The notes under the pieces are model-generated. The model saw only the letters and a list, made by a program, of their open reading frames with translations. It searched no databases and was not told the DNA's origin. A program made the translations under genes and the position numbers. This document shows positions 59,415 to 64,000 of a stretch of DNA of 64,000 bases, piece by piece (the stretch's first letter is position 1; each line of letters starts with the position of its first letter). Source of the DNA: the human T2T-CHM13v2.0 reference genome, Homo sapiens; assembly GCA_009914755.4 (NCBI GenBank), contig CP086569.2:62112001-62176000 (forward strand), given 5' to 3'.

Positions 59415-61600
59415 CTAATGAGTGGTAACTATGTGTTGGTTATTCTTTTAGGCACTGGGGATACAGCAGTGAGTAAAATAGACATTCCCTGTCCTTAAAG
59501 AGCTTATATTCCAGTCAGAGGCTAGAGATTATAAGGAAATAAACATATGATTGAGGTAGTGATGGCAGAGTAAGGGAGACAGCAAGTGACAGGGGTGTGT
59601 GTAAGTGTGTCTGTGTATGCATGTACGTATTATATAGATAGAGTGGGAAGAGAAGGCCTCTCTGATAAAGTAACATTTGAGCTAGGAATCAAAGGAAGTG
59701 ATGAGGTGAATCAAGAGCAAGAGAAAAATATTCTGAGCAAAAGGAACACAAAATAAAAAAAATTTGAGGTGGAAGTATCTGGGGGTTTTGACTAATAGCA
59801 AGGACACCAGTTTGGCTTCAGTGGGCTGTGTGAGAAAGAGTGATAGAAATTGAGGTGAGGGCAATAAGAATAGGCCAAATTATACAGGACCTTGTAGACT
59901 ATTGTATTTTGGCTTTCACTATGATTTTTGCCTGGGGAACTAGAATAACTAAGGTACTGTTTATTATAATGGAGAAAATTATAGGAGAATCAGTTAATTT
60001 TTGTTGGAGAATGAAGAGCTGAAGTTTTGGACATGTTAACTAGGAGATGTGTTTTAAATATTCAATTGGAGATTTTGAATACCCAGTGGGATACATTATT
60101 CTGGAGTTCAGAGGAGGGATCGAGTCTATAGATATTAATTTGAGAGTTATTTAAAGTCATGAGACTGCATGAGATCAGCTAAGGAATGAATGTAGATAAA
60201 CAATAGAAGAGGACCAAGGATTGAGTCTTACATTACTTCAGTATTTTGCAGTTGGGAATTAAAATATCACCAGAATACATATACACCATAGAATACTACA
60301 CAGTCATAAAAAAGAGTGAAATCATGTCCTTTGCAGCAACATGGATGCAGCTAGAAGCCATTATCCCAAGCAAACTAATGCAGGAACAGAAAACCAAATA
60401 CCACATGTTCTCACTTACAAGTGGGAGCTAAACATTGGGTACACATGAACATAAAGATGGCAACAATAGGCACTGGAGACTAGTGCGGGGGGAAGGGAAG
60501 AGTGTAAGGGTTGAAAAACTAACTGTTGGGTACTATGCTCACTACCTGGGTGACGGGATCAGTTGTACCCCAAACCTCAGCATCACGCAATATACTCATG
60601 TAACAAACCTGCACATATACCCTCTGAACCTAAAAGTTGAAATCATTTAAAAAAATGAATTTAAAAATATCACCAGAGGACATTGAGATGAAATAAATAG
60701 TGAGATAGGAAAAGTATAAAGAGGCTACCTGAAAGCCAAGTAAAGAAAGTGTTTCAAGAAGGAGAGAATAATCAACCATGTAAATGATACCAACAGGTTA
60801 AGTAAGATGAACACTGATAATTAACCTTTGAATTTAGCAATATGGAGATCATTGGTAATGTCAGCAAGGGTAGCTTGTAAAACAATGTCATCAGTTAAGA
60901 GTGAGAATGGAGTACTAGATTTTGGAGGTTTAAGGAGAGAGCAGATGGTATAAAATAGACGGCTGGTGGGTTATAAAAATGTCACAGCATTGCCAAGCAG
61001 CTCGAAAAGTCCACTTGAGGTTAATGGTCATGAATTTAAAGAGCCTAACATTAAATGAATACCAAACCAGTTAACATGGAAACAGAAAAGGTGGAAAGTT
61101 GGATTTAGGCATGTTTGGATTTTTTCAGAGGTGACTATGATGAATTGAAAGAAGGGAAAAGAAGTTAATGGTATATGCTTGGAAGTGTAATTGTAATGAT
61201 GAACCATGAAATCTAAAGTCAGGTAAGAAGAGAAGTGAGAACATGTGTAGAGTGAATGGCAGTAAAAAGTAATAGGGGTCAATGAATTTGAGGTCCCAGT
61301 AGGTTCAAGAAAATGTTGGAATTGGGGCATTAGAAGGAGTGAGCAGAAAAGACAGGAAAAGATGGCTTGAAAAGGGGATGCTGAAATTGAGATTGTGTAA
61401 GTAGTATAGCTATTTATTAAAAGAAGGCTGGAAAACCAAGCTTGAGGTTCAGCTTCCAGAAATAATGTCCAGGACCATTGCCACAGCACTGCCCTGATAA
61501 GAAAAACTGTTGCTCCTACAATTAGATGCCAAGAAATTGGCTTTACTGCAGCAGCTACTGCTGCCAGCACTGATGCCACTACTTTATTAAGAACTTGACC
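59415..61600 (-). mobile_element. L2 LINE, ~1.8 kb of its 3' portion, interrupted at 60275-60660 by an L1PA fragment
   Basis: 3' UTR rc ..gttaggcactggggatacagcagtgagtaaaatagacattccctgtccttaaagagcttatattccagtcagagg..gtaacatttgagctaggaatcaaaggaagtgatgaggtg... Further 5': ..ccaagtaaagaaagtgtttcaagaaggagagaataatcaaccatgtaaatgataccaacaggttaagtaagatgaacactgataattaacctttgaatttagcaatatggagatcattggtaatgtcagcaagggtagc.., as in the L2 consensus ..aagtgaagaaagtgtttcaaggaggagggagtgatcaactgtgtcaaatgctgctgagaggtcaagtaagatgaggactgagaattgaccattggatttggcaacatggaggtcattggtgacc... The 5' limit is uncertain. Confidence 0.55.
60275..60660 (+). mobile_element. L1PA 3'-terminal fragment (386 bp) with 17-bp TSD TTAAAA(A)TATCACCAGA
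   Basis: ORF2 C-terminus ..YTIEYYTVIKKSEIMSFAATWMQLEAIIPSKLMQEQKTKYHMFSLTSGS., then the 3' UTR ..gggtacacatgaacataaagatggcaacaataggcactggagactag..ctgcacatataccctctgaacctaaaagttgaaatcatttaaaaaaa. Flanking direct repeats at 60259-60274 and 60661-60677. Confidence 0.85.
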
Positions 61601-62136
61601 CTGCAATCTCTGCCATCCCCCAAAGTCAAGTCCCTTTGCTACTACCTATTCCAACAATGGAAACCATACAGTTCTACCTTCTGCATGGCTTCAATTCTGA
61701 ATCAGTCTCATGTCAGGGCATCTTACTGGTAGAACATAAGTCATATTCCTACATTGTAGTTTCAACACAGACGTTTGAGTTGTGACTTCTACATTTAAGA
61801 GGTAAATATTATAATGTAAGAATTTTTTCCAAATATAGAAAGGCTATACATGATATGTTGGTCAGACACAAATATGACAAATGTTTACTATATAGATTTT
61901 TAAAATTAAAAATACAATTGCCAAAATATTTTCCCCTTACTAAAGGGGTGACTAGTGGTATGTACACAACTGAAAACAGAATTACTTTGTTGAAGATTGG
62001 ACATAGTGATTCTGCCAGGATGCAATATAAAAAAAGGAAATTGTATGAAAAAAGTAAGAGACATATAGATATTTATGAGAATCCCAATATCTGTTTAATG
62101 AGAGTTGGAAAGAAAAGGAAAGCAAGGGAAGGGAAA

Positions 62137-62176
62137 TAAAATAAAATAAAATAAAATAAAATAAAATAAAATAAAG
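62137..62176. repeat. (AAAAT)8 microsatellite followed by (GGAAA)-type purine repeat
   Basis: aataaaataaaataaaataaaataaaataaaataaaataaaggaaaggaaaaggaaaggagggg. Confidence 0.9.
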
Positions 62177-62689
62177 GAAAGGAAAAGGAAAGGAGGGGAT
62201 GAAGAAATCAAATAATGGACTAAAATTTCCTTAAATTGAAAAAGGACTTAAGTGTTCAGATTGAAAGAGCCCACCAAGTCTCAAGTAGCAACAATGGGAA
62301 GAATGACACATGTCTAGACAGATTCTGGTAAAAATTTTAAACTATAAAGTCAAAGTGAATATCCTCTTCCAGGCACCTTGGTGTAGCACATAAGCTACAT
62401 ATCCCTATGGGGTAGCTCTATTGGATCGCTAACTCACCCCTTCACCAAAATTAACTCAAATGGATCAAAGAGCTATCAAAAAATATGAAATCATCAAAAG
62501 ATAAGAAATACTAAAAAAAAAAGCACAAGGAGATAAGGCACAAAACCTAGATGCTATAATTCCATAATGGAAAACATGATCGATGAGTTTGACTGCATAA
62601 CAATTTAAAACATTTGCAAAGCATGGAGTATTATAAGTTAATTAAAAAGACCAATGGCAAAGTGATAAAAAAGTAATGTTTATGCTATA

Positions 62690-62716
62690 GGTTTAATGTC
62701 TTGATATATATATATA
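62690..62716. repeat. short (TA)n
   Basis: gatatatatatatattacttttgatattt. Confidence 0.6.
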
Positions 62717-63251
62717 TTACTTTTGATATTTAAATGTATCTATTAAGTTCTTACAGATCCATAATAAGAAAAAATAGAAAAAATGGACAAAGAACAAGAA
62801 AATACAGTTCTCAAAATGAGACATATAAATAGCCAATATTTATATTTAAAAGTATTGAATCTCACTCAAATTTTTTAAAACTCAAGATATCATTTTTTAC
62901 TTCTCAGATAGAAAAAGGTTGAGAAATTTGATAATATACTTGGTTGGCAAGAGTGTGAGAAAATGAGCATTCTCCTAAACTCCTTACCAGTAAGCTTTTT
63001 GGAGAGCAATTTGGCAATATTAATCAACATTTCAAAACATGTATTTGTCCCAGCATTTTCTCTTTAGAAATTTGTGCTATAGATATATTAGCACAAATAT
63101 CCAAAATACATGTAAAAGATATTTATTGCAGCATTTTTGTAATACCAAAAGTCTGAAAACAATCTAAATATTTATTAGTTAGAGACAGGTACTTCTGGCA
63201 AAGAGAAGAGTCAAATATAACAGGAGTCTGTTTGCTTGAGGACTAAACAGT

Positions 63252-64000
63252 CTCCCAAATGTATTCTTTAAAAAACAGCTTTATTGAAACATAATTCACA
63301 TGCAATAAGTCACCCATGTAATGTGCACAATTTAATAGTTTTTAGTATATTCTCAACGTTGTACAACTATCACCACTATCTTATACCATAATGTTTTCAT
63401 CAACCCAAAAAGAAACCCTGTACCCATTAGAAGTCACTCACAATTTCTCCTTTCCCTCAGTCCCTGAAACCACAAATTGACTTTTCTTTGTGGATTTGCA
63501 TTTTCTGGACATTTCACATAAATTGAATATTATAATATATGACCTTTTGTGTCTGGCTTCTTTCATTTATTGTGATGTTTTCAAGGTTCATTCATATTGT
63601 AGGATGTATCAGTGCTTCGTCCTTTTGTGTCTAGAAAATATTCCATTGTATGGATAGGTCATGTTTTGTTTAGCCTGTCCTACTGAACAATCTTTCAACA
63701 ATTATTCTGAATAATCCTATTGAACATTCATGTACATGTTTTTGTATAGACACATGTTTTCAACTTTTTTGGTTATATATCTAGGAATGGAATTACTAGA
63801 TCATATGATAACTTCATGTTTAACATTTCAAGAAAATTCCAAACTGTCTTCCAAAGTGGCTGCACCACTCACAAAGTGCTGTGAGATTTACAATCTCACC
63901 AGCAGTGTATGAGGCTTCCAATTTCTTCACATCCTCACTACCACGTGTGATTGTCTGTTGTTTTGATTTTGGCCATTCTAGTGGGTATTAAGTTGTATCT
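63252..64000 (-). mobile_element. old L1 (L1MB/MC/ME-type) 3' end, running off the window
   Basis: tttaaaaaacagctttattgaaacataattcacatgcaataagtcacccatgtaatgtgcacaatttaatagtttttagtatattctcaacgttgtacaactatcaccactatc.. is the rc of the L1M 3' terminus (..tgtacactttaaaagggtgaattttatggtatgtgaattatatctcaataaagctgtttttt). Further in, ..ccaaagtggctgcaccactcacaaagtgctgtgag..caccagcagtgtatgaggcttccaatttcttcacatcctcactaccacgtgtgattgtctgttgttttgattttggccattctagtgggt is the ORF2 C-terminus antisense. Confidence 0.75.

Noticed and set aside
61028-61606. 192-aa minus-strand ORF (also 24435-24962 +, 175 aa; 1709-2206 +, 165 aa; 54578-54982 +, 134 aa) as genes
   Set aside because: They lie within L2, L1 5' UTR or MLT1 LTR sequence, or in low-complexity DNA. 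They have no domain-like content and are of the length expected by chance in 64 kb. 24435-24962 is antisense L1PB 5' UTR and 1709-2206 spans the LTR microsatellite.

Overview
This window is primate (human-like) nuclear DNA, not a prokaryotic locus. It is AT-rich and well over half interspersed repeats. I could support no CRISPR array, rRNA, tRNA, operon or cellular protein-coding exon from the sequence alone. Every long ORF in the six-frame track is transposon-derived: LINE-1 ORF1p and ORF2p, and a Tigger/pogo transposase.

The first ~11 kb is Alu-dense (about 17 Alu, FLAM or FRAM copies), with a MaLR (MLT1) LTR and MIR and L2 relics. From ~10.8 kb onward it is a LINE-1 graveyard with clearly nested insertions:
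- An old L1M and Tigger1 substrate carries two full-length L1PB-like elements, one per strand (18789-26368 on minus; 29083-43667 on plus).
- The plus-strand L1PB is itself split by a full-length, defective L1PA on minus (33001-39031), flanked by a perfect 13-bp target-site duplication (TSD), and by an Alu.
- A second L1PA (48630-53482, plus) carries a ~1 kb solo ERV LTR with a 6-bp TSD inside ORF1 and stops abruptly at its 3' side.
- A 5'-truncated L1PA (10813-14045, minus) keeps a 900-codon ORF2 frame without a stop.

Smaller structures include an ~100-bp inverted duplication inside an Alu cluster (3.5-4.2 kb), an L1 3' fragment with a textbook TTAAAA-initiated 17-bp TSD, a Tigger1 fragment with an internal tandem duplication, and microsatellite L1 tails, (GTT)n and (TA)n.

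Family names come from my memory of Dfam/Repbase consensus sequences, and none could be confirmed by alignment here. Coordinates are approximate (+/-10-30 bp).
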